DNA of 64,000 bases from an uncultured Pelagibacteraceae bacterium (GTDB taxonomy: Bacteria; Pseudomonadota; Alphaproteobacteria; Pelagibacterales; Pelagibacteraceae). Positions within the stretch are counted from its first letter, which is position 1. Each line of letters begins with the position of its first letter. Where the stretch lies: assembly GCA_902623735.1 (NCBI GenBank), contig CACNUU010000001.1, positions 93,286 through 157,285 of the forward strand, written 5' to 3'. The notes beneath the pieces were generated by a model, which saw nothing but the letters and a program-made list of their open reading frames with translations, did no database searches and was not told where the DNA came from. Position numbers and translations under genes: made by a program. Of the stretch, positions 21,535-31,082 are shown one piece after another.

Positions 21535-24500
21535 TATAATTTTGTCGGCATCGGTTTATTTGTATCAATTTTATATTTTACAATAGCCTCTTTGACATGC
21601 TTCGACGCTATTAATTGCTCTTTAGCAAGCACACTTAATCCGTAAGTGACCACATGCTCCTTATCAACTTCAAAAAAATTTCTCAAATTTTTTCTAGTAT
21701 CACTTCTCCCAAATCCGTCTGTTCCTAACGAGTAGAAACCTTTATTTATATAAGGTCTTATTTGATCAGAATTCATTCGCATATAATCAGAGGCAGCCAA
21801 AATAGGACCTTCGGTTTTACCTAAACATTTTTCTACATAAGACTTTTTTGCTTCTTTATCTGGATTCAAAAGATTATATCTTTCTACTTCTAAACCATCT
21901 CTTCTCAATTCATTAAAACTTGTTATGCTCCAAATTTCACTGTCAATTTGATATTCTTTTTGAAGTATTTCAGCACCTGCAATCATTTCTCTTAAAATTG
22001 TACCTGATCCCAAAAGCTGAATTTTTGTTTTTTTATACTTATTAAATTCTTTTATTTTATACATTCCTTTTAAAATTCCTTCTTCACAAGATTTATCTTT
22101 TGGCATTGCAGGATGGGGGTAATTTTCATTCATTGTTGTTATGTAATAAAAAATATTTTCTTTTTTTTCATGCATTCTTCTTAATCCATCTCTAAATATT
22201 ACAGCTAATTCATAATGAAAAGTTGGATCATATGATACACAATTAGGAATTGTTGATGCTGTGAGATGGCTATGGCCATCTTGATGTTGTAGACCCTCTC
22301 CAGCTAAAGTAGTTCTTCCAGCTGTAGCACCAATCAAAAATCCTCTTGACTGACTGTCAGCACCTGCCCACGCCAAATCTCCAATTCTTTGAAATCCAAA
22401 CATTGAGTAAAAAAGATAAATAGGTATCATTTCAATATCATGGTTTGTATATGAAGTTCCAGCTGCAATCCAAGATGACATTGCTCCAGCTTCTGTAATT
22501 CCTTCTTCTAAAACTTGTCCACTTTTTTCCTCTCTGTATGAACTTAATTGCGCAGAGTCTTCTGGTTCATATTTTTGACCTTCATGTGCATAAATTCCAA
22601 CTTTTTGGAAAAAACCTTCCATACCAAATGTTCTTGCTTCATCAGGGATGATCGGCACCAATCTGGGTGCAACATTTTTATCCCTAAGCAGATTTGTTAA
22701 CATTCTTACTAAAGCCATAGTTGTAGACATTTCTTTTTTACCTGTTGAAACTTTCATGCTATCAAAAATATCTTTTGGAGGGGCTTTGATTGGTTTTGCA
22801 TAAGTAGTTCTCTCTGGAATAAAACCACCTAATTGAAGTCTTCTTTCTTTGATATATCTTAATTCAGGAGAATTTGAGTCAGGTTTATAATATTCTATAT
22901 TTCTTACCTGCTGATCTGTTAAAGGAACATCAAATCTATCTCTGTAATACATTAAGTCATCAACATCTAATTTTTTAGTCTGGTGCGTAGTATTTACGCT
23001 TTCTCCACTTTTGCCCATACCATAACCTTTTATAGTTTTAGCAATTACAACTGTCGGGCTTCCAGTATTTTTAGAAGCTTTATCATATGCAGCAAAAACT
23101 TTATGAGGATCATGGCCACCTCTATTCAATCTCCAAATATCTTTGTCTGAAAGACTAGAAACTAATTCTTTGGTTTCTGGATATTTTCCAAAAAATTTCT
23201 CTCTTACATAGGCACCATTCCTTGCTTTCATTGCTTGATATTCGCCATCAACTGTTTCATTCATTGTCTTAACTAGATGGCCTGTTTTATCATTAGCCAA
23301 TAATTGATCCCAATAAGAACCCCATATTACTTTTATAACATTCCAACCAGCTCCCCTGAAAATTCCCTCTAACTCTTGAATAATTTTTCCATTACCTCGC
23401 ACTGGTCCATCCAGTCTTTGAAGATTACAATTTACAACAAATATTAAGTTATCTAATTTTTCCCTTGCAGCTAAACCTATTGCCCCTAAAGACTCTGGCT
23501 CATCCATTTCACCATCACCTAAAAAAGCCCAAACCTTTCTACCCTCATCTTTGATCAAGCCTCTGTTTATTAAGTACTTCATATATCTAGCTTGATAAAT
23601 TGCTAGCATAGGACCTAATCCCATGGATACAGTTGGAAATTGCCAAAATTTGGGCATTAACCAAGGGTGTGGATATGATGATAAACCACCAGGATTAACT
23701 TCCTGTCTAAAGCTATCAAGTTGTTTTTCAGTCAATCTTCCCTCAAGAAAAGCTCTTGCATACATACCGGGGGCACTGTGACCTTGAAAGTAAACTAAAT
23801 CACCACCAAATTTATTATTTTTAGCTCTCCAGAAGTGGTTCATGCCAACATCATAAAGAGTTGCTGCAGAGGCAAACGTTCCTATATGGCCTCCAAGTTC
23901 AGGGAATTTTTTATTAGCTCTTACTACCATCGCTGCAGCATTCCATCTGATTAATGATCTAATTTTTCTTTCAATATTTTGATCACCATTAGATTTCTTT
24001 TCATCACTTACGGGTATTGTATTAATATATGGAGTATTTTGAGTATATGGAATATTAGCACCTTCCATGTAAGCTTTGTTAATTAATTCCTTAATTAAGT
24101 AATGAGCTCTTTGATTTCCATCTTTTTCAATTACGTCAGAAAGAGATTCAAGCCACTCACTTGTCTCTAACGGATCAATATCTCCTTCATTTACAATTCG
24201 AATTGTTTCTGGTTTTTTCTTCTTATTATTTTGATCTAATAAATTTTTTTCTTCATTTTTTTTCAAAGAATCCTCTGCTTCTTGAATAAAATTTTCTGTA
24301 TTTTTTGGTACCTCTTGAGATAAAGAAGATTTTTGACTAGTGGTAGTTATGTTTAGAATTAAATCACCCTTTGAAATTTTATCCCCAACTTTTACTTCTA
24401 TTGAATCTATTTTCCCAGAAAAAATTGATGGTATTTCAACACTAGATTTATCACTTTCTATAGTAACTACTGGGTCATTTTTTTTTATTTCTTGACCCTC

Positions 24501-24572
24501 TTTTACAAGTAATTCAATTACCTCAACGTTTTCAAAATCACCAATATCTGGTACTAATAATTTTTCTGTCAT
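21534..24572 (-). CDS. aceE: Pyruvate dehydrogenase E1, homodimeric type, with N-terminal lipoyl domain
   Basis: DIDPLETSEW, GGHIGTFAS, ThDP motif GDGEMDEPES...NCNLQRLDG, LGTDGFGRSD; the first ~75 aa form a lipoyl domain (ESDKSSVE). Confidence 0.96.
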   Translation of the reverse strand: MTEKLLVPDIGDFENVEVIELLVKEGQEIKKNDPVVTIESDKSSVEIPSIFSGKIDSIEVKVGDKISKGDLILNITTTSQKSSLSQEVPKNTENFIQEAEDSLKKNEEKNLLDQNNKKKKPETIRIVNEGDIDPLETSEWLESLSDVIEKDGNQRAHYLIKELINKAYMEGANIPYTQNTPYINTIPVSDEKKSNGDQNIERKIRSLIRWNAAAMVVRANKKFPELGGHIGTFASAATLYDVGMNHFWRAKNNKFGGDLVYFQGHSAPGMYARAFLEGRLTEKQLDSFRQEVNPGGLSSYPHPWLMPKFWQFPTVSMGLGPMLAIYQARYMKYLINRGLIKDEGRKVWAFLGDGEMDEPESLGAIGLAAREKLDNLIFVVNCNLQRLDGPVRGNGKIIQELEGIFRGAGWNVIKVIWGSYWDQLLANDKTGHLVKTMNETVDGEYQAMKARNGAYVREKFFGKYPETKELVSSLSDKDIWRLNRGGHDPHKVFAAYDKASKNTGSPTVVIAKTIKGYGMGKSGESVNTTHQTKKLDVDDLMYYRDRFDVPLTDQQVRNIEYYKPDSNSPELRYIKERRLQLGGFIPERTTYAKPIKAPPKDIFDSMKVSTGKKEMSTTMALVRMLTNLLRDKNVAPRLVPIIPDEARTFGMEGFFQKVGIYAHEGQKYEPEDSAQLSSYREEKSGQVLEEGITEAGAMSSWIAAGTSYTNHDIEMIPIYLFYSMFGFQRIGDLAWAGADSQSRGFLIGATAGRTTLAGEGLQHQDGHSHLTASTIPNCVSYDPTFHYELAVIFRDGLRRMHEKKENIFYYITTMNENYPHPAMPKDKSCEEGILKGMYKIKEFNKYKKTKIQLLGSGTILREMIAGAEILQKEYQIDSEIWSITSFNELRRDGLEVERYNLLNPDKEAKKSYVEKCLGKTEGPILAASDYMRMNSDQIRPYINKGFYSLGTDGFGRSDTRKNLRNFFEVDKEHVVTYGLSVLAKEQLIASKHVKEAIVKYKIDTNKPMPTKL

Positions 24573-24667
24573 TTTTTTTTATCTTTTTTATTTAAAAATG
24601 ATGTTATTTACTAATCTTAACACATTCTGCTCAATTTTTTGACACTCTTTACATACATGCTTCAAAA

Positions 24668-24784
24668 ATGATTAAAATGATATTAAAAACACTTATCCAA
24701 CCTAAATTAAATAATCACGTAGATGCTAGAATATGGATACAAAAAATTCTACTAGAGGAAAAATACGGAAAAATAAACTCTTAA
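24668..24784 (+). CDS. Putative 38-aa small protein (not in ORF track; alternative start 24677)
   Basis: MIKMILKTLIQPKLNNHVDARIWIQKILLEEKYGKINS*. Its stop shares TTAA with the convergent thiolase stop, and TTGACA lies at 24639-24644. Confidence 0.5.
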   Translation: MIKMILKTLIQPKLNNHVDARIWIQKILLEEKYGKINS

Positions 24785-25956
24785 ATTCTCTCAATACACA
24801 ATGCTAAGCCCATACCTCCTCCTATACAGAGGGTTGCACAACCTTTATTTTTTTTTTGTCTTTTCATTTCATGTATCAAAGTGACAACAATTCTTGCTCC
24901 AGAAGCACCAATAGGGTGGCCAAGGGCGATGGCACCTCCATTCACATTAACTTTATTTTGGTCAATACCCAATTCATGAATAACAGCAATGCTTTGAGCT
25001 GCAAAGGCCTCATTTATTTCAAATAAGTCAATTTCATGTATATCCCATTTTGCTTTTTTTATTGCTTCACGCACAGCACCAATAGGTCCAAGGCCCATAA
25101 AAGCCGGATCTACACCAACTGCAGCCCAAGACACAATCCTTGCTAAAGGTTTAATAGATTTTTTTTCTGCATCTTGAAAATTCGTTAGTATTAAAGCTGC
25201 CGCTCCATCATTTATTCCTGAGGAATTTCCAGGTGTCACAGTGCCATCATCTTTAAAAACTGTTTTTAATTTTTCTAAATCAGATAATTCCAAACCTTTT
25301 CTTGGATGCTCATCTTTTTCTAAAATATTTCCATTTTGATTTATTTTAATAAGTTCATCATCAAATTTTTTTGTAGAAATTGCTATTTCTGCTTTTCTTT
25401 GAGAACTTAATGCAAATTTATCTTGCTCTAGTCTTGATATTTTAAATTTTTTTGCAACATTCTCAGCAGTAACTCCCATATGATATTTTTTAAAAGCATC
25501 TGTTAAACCATCATTTATCATTGTATCTATCAATTTTTCTTCAGAAATTTTTTTTTCTTCTCTATAAAAAATTGAATGTGGAACCAAGGACATATTTTCT
25601 TGACCACCAGAAATAATAGTTTTAGCATCTCCTAACTTAATTGACTGGTATCCAGAAATCACTGCTCTAAGTCCAGATCCACATACCTGATTAATTGTGT
25701 GGGCAGGTTTAGTTTCTGGTATTCCTGAATTTATTAATGCTTGTCTGGCAGGGTTTTGTCCTCCACCAGTTGTTAATACTTGACCCATAATTACTTCATC
25801 AATTTCAGATTTATCAAATTTTGTTTTTTTTAAAATTTCGTTAATGACTATTGATCCAAGTTGGTCAGATCTAATATTTTTCAAAGAACCTCTAAAACTA
25901 CCTATTGGAGTTCTTATGGCGTCTAATATAACCACATCTTTTGATTTATTGCTCAT
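24781..25956 (-). CDS. Acetyl-CoA C-acetyltransferase (thiolase)
   Basis: INQVCGSG, NEAFA, GHPIGASG, LCIGGG catalytic motifs. Confidence 0.96.
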   Translation of the reverse strand: MSNKSKDVVILDAIRTPIGSFRGSLKNIRSDQLGSIVINEILKKTKFDKSEIDEVIMGQVLTTGGGQNPARQALINSGIPETKPAHTINQVCGSGLRAVISGYQSIKLGDAKTIISGGQENMSLVPHSIFYREEKKISEEKLIDTMINDGLTDAFKKYHMGVTAENVAKKFKISRLEQDKFALSSQRKAEIAISTKKFDDELIKINQNGNILEKDEHPRKGLELSDLEKLKTVFKDDGTVTPGNSSGINDGAAALILTNFQDAEKKSIKPLARIVSWAAVGVDPAFMGLGPIGAVREAIKKAKWDIHEIDLFEINEAFAAQSIAVIHELGIDQNKVNVNGGAIALGHPIGASGARIVVTLIHEMKRQKKNKGCATLCIGGGMGLALCIERI

Positions 25957-26029
25957 TTATTTAAAAATTGTCTTATCATTAAAATACACTAAAAATTCAT
26001 ATACAATAAATAAATAAATTTTAAAAAAT

Positions 26030-26106
26030 GCGCCTGTAGCTCAACTGGATAGAGCGCTTGGCTACGGACCAGGAGGTTCTGGGTTCGACTCCTAGCAGGC
26101 GCACCA
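26030..26106 (+). tRNA. tRNA-Arg (anticodon ACG)
   Basis: GCGCCTG/CAGGCGC acceptor stem, anticodon arm CTTGG-CTACGGA-CCAGG, GGTTCGACTCC T-arm, encoded CCA. Confidence 0.97.
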
Positions 26107-26119
26107 AATAAGAATTATT

Positions 26120-26218
26120 ATGTTAAAATGGTTGATAAAATCTTCTCTTCAAATGTCAGTTATTTATTTCTTTATAATTATTTTTATAATTTTATTAATA
26201 TTAACATTTATATTATAA
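26120..26218 (+). CDS. Putative 32-aa single-pass membrane microprotein (not in ORF track)
   Basis: MLKWLIKSSLQMSVIYFFIIIFIILLILTFIL*; fills the gap between tRNA-Arg and the thioesterase gene. Confidence 0.4.
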   Translation: MLKWLIKSSLQMSVIYFFIIIFIILLILTFIL

Positions 26219-26224
26219 AAAATT

Positions 26225-26650
26225 ATGTCTAAAAAATTTGAACAAATTAGTCTCAAGCCTGGTTTTATGAAACATAATGGTGGGCTTATGTTTAGAAGTA
26301 TTTCCGAAATAGAGTATGAATTTAAATCTATGATTAAAGAAAACCATTTAAATGCTGCTGGTATTACTCATGGAGGATATTTGTCAGCTCTGATAGATGC
26401 TGGTTCAGGTACTGCTGCACATCGAACAGCAAATAATGCTCCATGCGTTACAATCTCGCTTGATATCAAATTTATAGGTGCATCAAAAGTTGGGGATGAA
26501 ATTATTGGAAACGTAAGAATTTTAAAAAAAACAAAAACTTTAATATTTTTATTTTGTGAATTAAATTGTAATAAAAAGATTATTACATCAGCAACAGGAG
26601 TTTGGAAAATTTTGAAGGTACAACCTTCAAATTTGGGTCCCGGAGGTTAA
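26225..26650 (+). CDS. PaaI family hotdog-fold thioesterase
   Basis: HLNAAGITHGGYLSALID motif. Confidence 0.92.
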   Translation: MSKKFEQISLKPGFMKHNGGLMFRSISEIEYEFKSMIKENHLNAAGITHGGYLSALIDAGSGTAAHRTANNAPCVTISLDIKFIGASKVGDEIIGNVRILKKTKTLIFLFCELNCNKKIITSATGVWKILKVQPSNLGPGG

Positions 26651-26870
26651 TAGTTTTTTAATTGAAAGAAAGATTAATAAATTAAATGTCATTATAATTA
26701 TTACATATTCAAAAAAAGTTTTATGTGTCTCAAATCTTATGTTAAAATCAATATTCTTTTTTTAAAATGAGAACTTTTTACACTCCGATTCGGTCATGTT
26801 TTAGACTATTTTTGTTCTTTAACACTAACAAGATCTGGTAGGTTAAGAAAAATATATACCAAAGATAGAA

Positions 26871-29351
26871 ATGATAAAAAATAAAATTTCAGCAGTCCTG
26901 GGTCCAACAAATACAGGAAAAACACACTTTGCCATTGAAACAATGTTGTCTTTTGAAAGTGGTATGATTGGTTTTCCCTTAAGATTATTAGCAAGAGAAG
27001 TTTACGATAAAGTAGTAAACAAAGTTGGAATAAATAAAGTTGCTTTAATAACCGGTGAAGAAAAAATTATTCCCTCTGAAGCAAAATATTTTCTTTGCAC
27101 AGTAGAATCAATGCCAATAGATAAATATTTGGATTTTGTTGCAGTGGATGAGATTCAAATGTGCTCAGATCATGAGCGAGGCCATATTTTTACTGATCGT
27201 TTATTGAATATGAGGGGAAATAAATTAACAATGTTAATGGGATCGAATACTATAAAAAATATTATTTCAAAATTAGATGATGATATTGAATTTATTAATA
27301 GAAATAGATTGTCTAAACTTTCCTATGCAGGTCATAAAAAAATTTCAAGAATTGACAGAAAAACTGCTATAATAGCATTTTCAGCTGAAGAAGTTTATGC
27401 AATTGCAGAACTTATTAGAAGACAAAAGGGTGGTGCCGCGATAGTGATGGGATCACTAAGTCCAAAAACACGTAATGCTCAAGTAGCTTTGTATCAATCA
27501 GGTGATGTTGATTTTTTAGTTGCAACCGATGCAATAGGAATGGGTATTAACATGGATCTAGACCATGTTTATTTTTCAAATCTCAAAAAGTTTGATGGAA
27601 AAAAATCAAGAAGATTAAACTTATCCGAAATAGGACAAATTGCTGGACGAGCAGGTAGATATTTAAATGATGGAAGCTTTGGTATTACAGGTCAATGTAA
27701 GGAAATAATATCTGAAGAAGTTAATTTATTGGAAAATCATAAATTCGAAGAAATACAGTCTTTATTTTGGAGAAATTCTGAACTTAATTTTGATAATTCG
27801 TCTTCTTTAATAAAATCTTTAGATGAAAAACCTCAAAAATATTGGCTGAGAAAAATTCATGAACGGGAAGATGAAAAAGCTTTAAAATTTTTTCTTCGAG
27901 ATGAAAATTTCAGCAATCAAGAAAATAGCAAACATGCATTAAAGCTTTTATGGGAATGTTGTCAAATACCAGATTTTGTAAAAAAAACATATGGAAATCA
28001 TTATGAGGTTATTGGAAATGTTTTTAAATATCTTAACAGCAAAAAGGGTAAAATAACCAACGATTATATGCATTTACAATTGATGAAACTCAATAATTTT
28101 GAAGGAAATGTTGACTCTTTATCAAATAGAATTGCAAATGTTAGAACTTGGTCTTATGTTTCAAATAAAAATAATTGGGTAGAGAATCAAAATTATTGGA
28201 TTGAAAAAACAAAAATTTTAGAAGATAAACTTTCAGAAAGACTTCATGAAGAACTTACAAAAACATTTATCGATAAAAGAGCAAGTGTTCTCGCTAGAGG
28301 TTTAAAACAAGATATGGAATTTCAAACAAAAATTCTGGAAAATAATGATGTTATGATAGATGATCAATTTATTGGAAAAATTAATGGATTAAAATTAGAG
28401 TTAGATTTTAAAAAGGGAGCCTTAGAGACTGATATTAAATCATTAAAGAAAGCAGCCAGACAAACTGTCGGTCCCGAGCTTGAAAAAAGAATCCAAACAA
28501 TAATAGAAACGGGTTTAATTGAATTAAATGAAGATTTTAAAATTTATTGGAATCACTCACCAATAGTTAAATTAATAGCTGGAAAAGATTATTTAGAGCC
28601 TGATTTTGAATTAATCATTGATGATATTTTAGGTCAAAATCAAAAACAAAAATTAATTAATTTTATTGAGAAATGGCTAAAAAATAAAATTGATACAACA
28701 TTGAAAAGTTTAGTGGATCTAAAAAATATTCGAGAGAATAATTCATCAATTAAAGCCTTAGCATTTCAACTTTATGAGAATAACGGTGTTTTAAAAAGGG
28801 AACAGGTAAATGATTATCTAAAAAAAATGCAACAGGAGGATAGAAAAATATTAAGAAATCTTGGTGTTAAGTTTGGAAGATATCATATCTTTTTATTTAA
28901 ACTTATCAAACCTGAGGCTGTCTCCTTGAGAACCTTGTTGTGGAAAAATTATCATCAAAAATATTTTAATTTAAAACCACCTACTTTCGGTCTTAATTTC
29001 TTAGACGATACGAAAAATACAAATAAAAATTTTATGCTACTTTGTGGATTTGAGAAATTTGATAATTTTTATATCAGAATTGATATTTTAGAAAGATTAT
29101 TTGTAAAAATAATAAATTCTGATTCTATAATGGGTAACGAAATTAAAATGATTCCTGAAATGCTCAATTTATTAGGTTGCTCTAAAGAGAATTTTAAAAA
29201 ACTCCTACGAAATATGAACTATAGAGTCATGGAAAAAAACAATGAAACATTCTTCAAATATGCACCTCCTAGGAAAACTAAAAAGATTTTAGGTAAAAAA
29301 ACTTCTAAAGAGAGCCCTTTTAAAATTTTAAAGAAACTTAATCTTAATTAA
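26871..29351 (+). CDS. Superfamily 2 helicase (SUV3-like, conserved in alphaproteobacteria)
   Basis: GPTNTGKT, DEIQ, ATDAIGMG, QIAGRAGR. Confidence 0.92.
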   Translation: MIKNKISAVLGPTNTGKTHFAIETMLSFESGMIGFPLRLLAREVYDKVVNKVGINKVALITGEEKIIPSEAKYFLCTVESMPIDKYLDFVAVDEIQMCSDHERGHIFTDRLLNMRGNKLTMLMGSNTIKNIISKLDDDIEFINRNRLSKLSYAGHKKISRIDRKTAIIAFSAEEVYAIAELIRRQKGGAAIVMGSLSPKTRNAQVALYQSGDVDFLVATDAIGMGINMDLDHVYFSNLKKFDGKKSRRLNLSEIGQIAGRAGRYLNDGSFGITGQCKEIISEEVNLLENHKFEEIQSLFWRNSELNFDNSSSLIKSLDEKPQKYWLRKIHEREDEKALKFFLRDENFSNQENSKHALKLLWECCQIPDFVKKTYGNHYEVIGNVFKYLNSKKGKITNDYMHLQLMKLNNFEGNVDSLSNRIANVRTWSYVSNKNNWVENQNYWIEKTKILEDKLSERLHEELTKTFIDKRASVLARGLKQDMEFQTKILENNDVMIDDQFIGKINGLKLELDFKKGALETDIKSLKKAARQTVGPELEKRIQTIIETGLIELNEDFKIYWNHSPIVKLIAGKDYLEPDFELIIDDILGQNQKQKLINFIEKWLKNKIDTTLKSLVDLKNIRENNSSIKALAFQLYENNGVLKREQVNDYLKKMQQEDRKILRNLGVKFGRYHIFLFKLIKPEAVSLRTLLWKNYHQKYFNLKPPTFGLNFLDDTKNTNKNFMLLCGFEKFDNFYIRIDILERLFVKIINSDSIMGNEIKMIPEMLNLLGCSKENFKKLLRNMNYRVMEKNNETFFKYAPPRKTKKILGKKTSKESPFKILKKLNLN

Positions 29352-29768
29352 ATGTTTTTTAAAAAAAGCAATACTAATAATAAGAATGAAGATTTAACAA
29401 AAGTATGTGCATTATTAATTCACGCTGCCAAAATAGATGAAAGTTACACCTCAAAGGAAGAGGAAATCATTAAAAAAACACTTTTAAGTTTTAAAGTAAA
29501 TTATAATGATTTAGATGAAATTATCTTAAAAGCAAAAAAAATAGAGGAAAATTCAAATCAAATTTTAAGTTTTACAAAAGAAGTAAAAAATATGACTGAA
29601 CAAGATAAAATTACAATAGTTGAGTCTTTATGGAAGATAATTTACTCAAACAATCAAGCTGATATTTATGAAACAAATTTGATGAGACGACTTGGAGGTT
29701 TATTGTATATTGACAGTAAGACTATGGGAGATATCAAAGAACGGATTAAAATTAATTTTAAAAAATGA
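29352..29768 (+). CDS. TerB-like protein
   Basis: [10 protein letters not shown]...EEEII and [15 protein letters not shown]...RRLGGLL pattern. Confidence 0.8.
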   Translation: MFFKKSNTNNKNEDLTKVCALLIHAAKIDESYTSKEEEIIKKTLLSFKVNYNDLDEIILKAKKIEENSNQILSFTKEVKNMTEQDKITIVESLWKIIYSNNQADIYETNLMRRLGGLLYIDSKTMGDIKERIKINFKK

Positions 29769-30091
29769 CTTACGTAGTAAACGAGAAGTGTATCAAGTGT
29801 AAGCTCATGGACTGTGTTGATGTGTGTCCAGTAGATTGTTTTTATGAGGGAAAAAATATGCTTGTAATTAAACCTGATGAGTGTATAGATTGTGGCGTTT
29901 GTGAACCAGAATGTCCTGTAGACGCAATCAAAGCTGATACAGAGCCTGGAAGCGAAAAATGGTTAGAGATAAATAAAAAATATTCAGAGATCTGGCCAAA
30001 TATAAGTGAGAAAAAAGATCCTCCTTCGGATCATGAAAAGTACGAAAATGAGCAAAATAAGTTTGAAAAATATTTTAAAGAAAACATTTAA
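29765..30091 (+). CDS. fdxA: Ferredoxin, FdxA type
   Basis: [18 protein letters not shown] and [12 protein letters not shown]. Confidence 0.96.
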   Translation: MTYVVNEKCIKCKLMDCVDVCPVDCFYEGKNMLVIKPDECIDCGVCEPECPVDAIKADTEPGSEKWLEINKKYSEIWPNISEKKDPPSDHEKYENEQNKFEKYFKENI

Positions 30092-30923
30092 TAAAAAAGT
30101 TAAGAAAAAATCAAAAATAAAAGAAACTAAGAAGAAAGTTTCAAAAAAAGTAACAAAAAAAGTCGTTAAAAAATCAAAAAAAAATACAAAACTTAAAAAC
30201 CAAAAAATATTAAATAAAAAGACACAAAAAATTGAAGAGAAAAAAAAAATAGAAACTAAAAATGATAATTTAAGAATATCTAAAAACAATGAATTAAAAC
30301 CTGAAATAAAAAAAGTTAAAAAGCAAGAAACAGAAAAAAAGGAATATAAACTGAAAGATTATGTAATTTACCCCAAGCACGGAGTAGGTCAGATTACAGA
30401 GTTTAAAAAAATCAATATAGGTGGCATTGATGTAGAGACATATATAATCAGGTTCGAAAAGGATAAAGCTAATGGAATGGTCCCAGTAAATAAGCAATCT
30501 CATTTGAGACCACTATCGACAATTAACCAAGTCAATAAATGTATTTCAATTCTTAAAAGTAAGCCAAAAATAAAGAGATCAATGTGGAGTAGAAGAGCAC
30601 AAGAATATGAGGCAAAAATTTCTTCTGGAAAAATTTATGATCTTGCTGAAGTTGTAAGAGATTTAAATAAAGGAGATGATCTAATGGTTGATCAATCATA
30701 TAGTGAAAGACAACTTTTCGAAAAGGCTTACGAAAGAATTTTATCAGAATTCAAAATAATATTGGATATCTCTTTGGAGGATACTCAAAAAAAATTAGAT
30801 AAAGCCTTAAAAAGAAATTTGGACGGTCAATCTAAACCTGCTATGCCTGCAGCAAAAAACCCAACAACTGATCTGCCTGTTGAAGATACTATTGCTGAAA
30901 ATGAGGAAGCTTTAGAGGATTAA
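30048..30923 (+). CDS. carD: CarD family transcription factor with Lys-rich N-terminal extension
   Basis: VIYPKHGVG, conserved Trp in [19 protein letters not shown]; fdxA-carD synteny. Start uncertain (ATG 30048 or TTG 30063). Confidence 0.92.
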   Translation: MSKISLKNILKKTFNKKVKKKSKIKETKKKVSKKVTKKVVKKSKKNTKLKNQKILNKKTQKIEEKKKIETKNDNLRISKNNELKPEIKKVKKQETEKKEYKLKDYVIYPKHGVGQITEFKKINIGGIDVETYIIRFEKDKANGMVPVNKQSHLRPLSTINQVNKCISILKSKPKIKRSMWSRRAQEYEAKISSGKIYDLAEVVRDLNKGDDLMVDQSYSERQLFEKAYERILSEFKIILDISLEDTQKKLDKALKRNLDGQSKPAMPAAKNPTTDLPVEDTIAENEEALED

Positions 30924-30964
30924 AAAAAAACGCCTCTCACACGAGCGTTATGAGAAGCGTTTTT
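30922..30964 (-). terminator. Intrinsic terminator, best on minus strand (probably bidirectional)
   Basis: Minus-strand RNA CGCUUCUCA-loop-UGAGAGGCG followed by 9 U, with one U-G wobble. The same position is a C-A mismatch on the plus strand, where the U run is 5. Confidence 0.85.
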
Positions 30965-30983
30965 AATAAAGAATACTAAGTAA

Positions 30984-31061
30984 TTATCTTCTTCTTCTTT
31001 TCTTAGCTTTTTTCTTAGCTTTTTTCTTAGCCTTCTTTGCTTTTTTTCTTCTTTTAGCCAT
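30984..31061 (-). CDS. 25-aa Lys/Arg/Ala microprotein, protamine/histone-H1-like (not in ORF track)
   Basis: ATG GCT AAA AGA AGA...AGA TAA = MAKRRKKAKKAKKKAKKKAKKRRRR. SD AAGGGAG lies 6 nt upstream; it has its own promoter and terminator. Confidence 0.85.
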   Translation of the reverse strand: MAKRRKKAKKAKKKAKKKAKKRRRR

Positions 31062-31082
31062 CTTTAGCTCCCTTTTAAGTTT

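Noticed and set aside
26030-26106. tRNA-Arg (and tRNA-Leu at 33006-33090) as island or prophage integration sites
   Set aside because: No integrase and no duplicated tRNA 3' end seen; the flanking genes are housekeeping types.
26767-26841. 24-codon ORF MRTFYTPIRSCFRLFLFFNTNKIW upstream of the helicase
   Set aside because: No SD and no telling composition, and it overlaps probable promoter elements; a length this short arises by chance.
29984-30289. 101-aa Phe-rich minus-strand ORF
   Set aside because: It is the antisense mirror of the poly-Lys codons of the CarD extension.
30987-31058. CTT/TTC and 12-nt tandem repeats as a microsatellite or CRISPR-like array
   Set aside because: There are no spacers, and the repeats are fully explained as Lys/Arg/Ala codons of the minus-strand microprotein.
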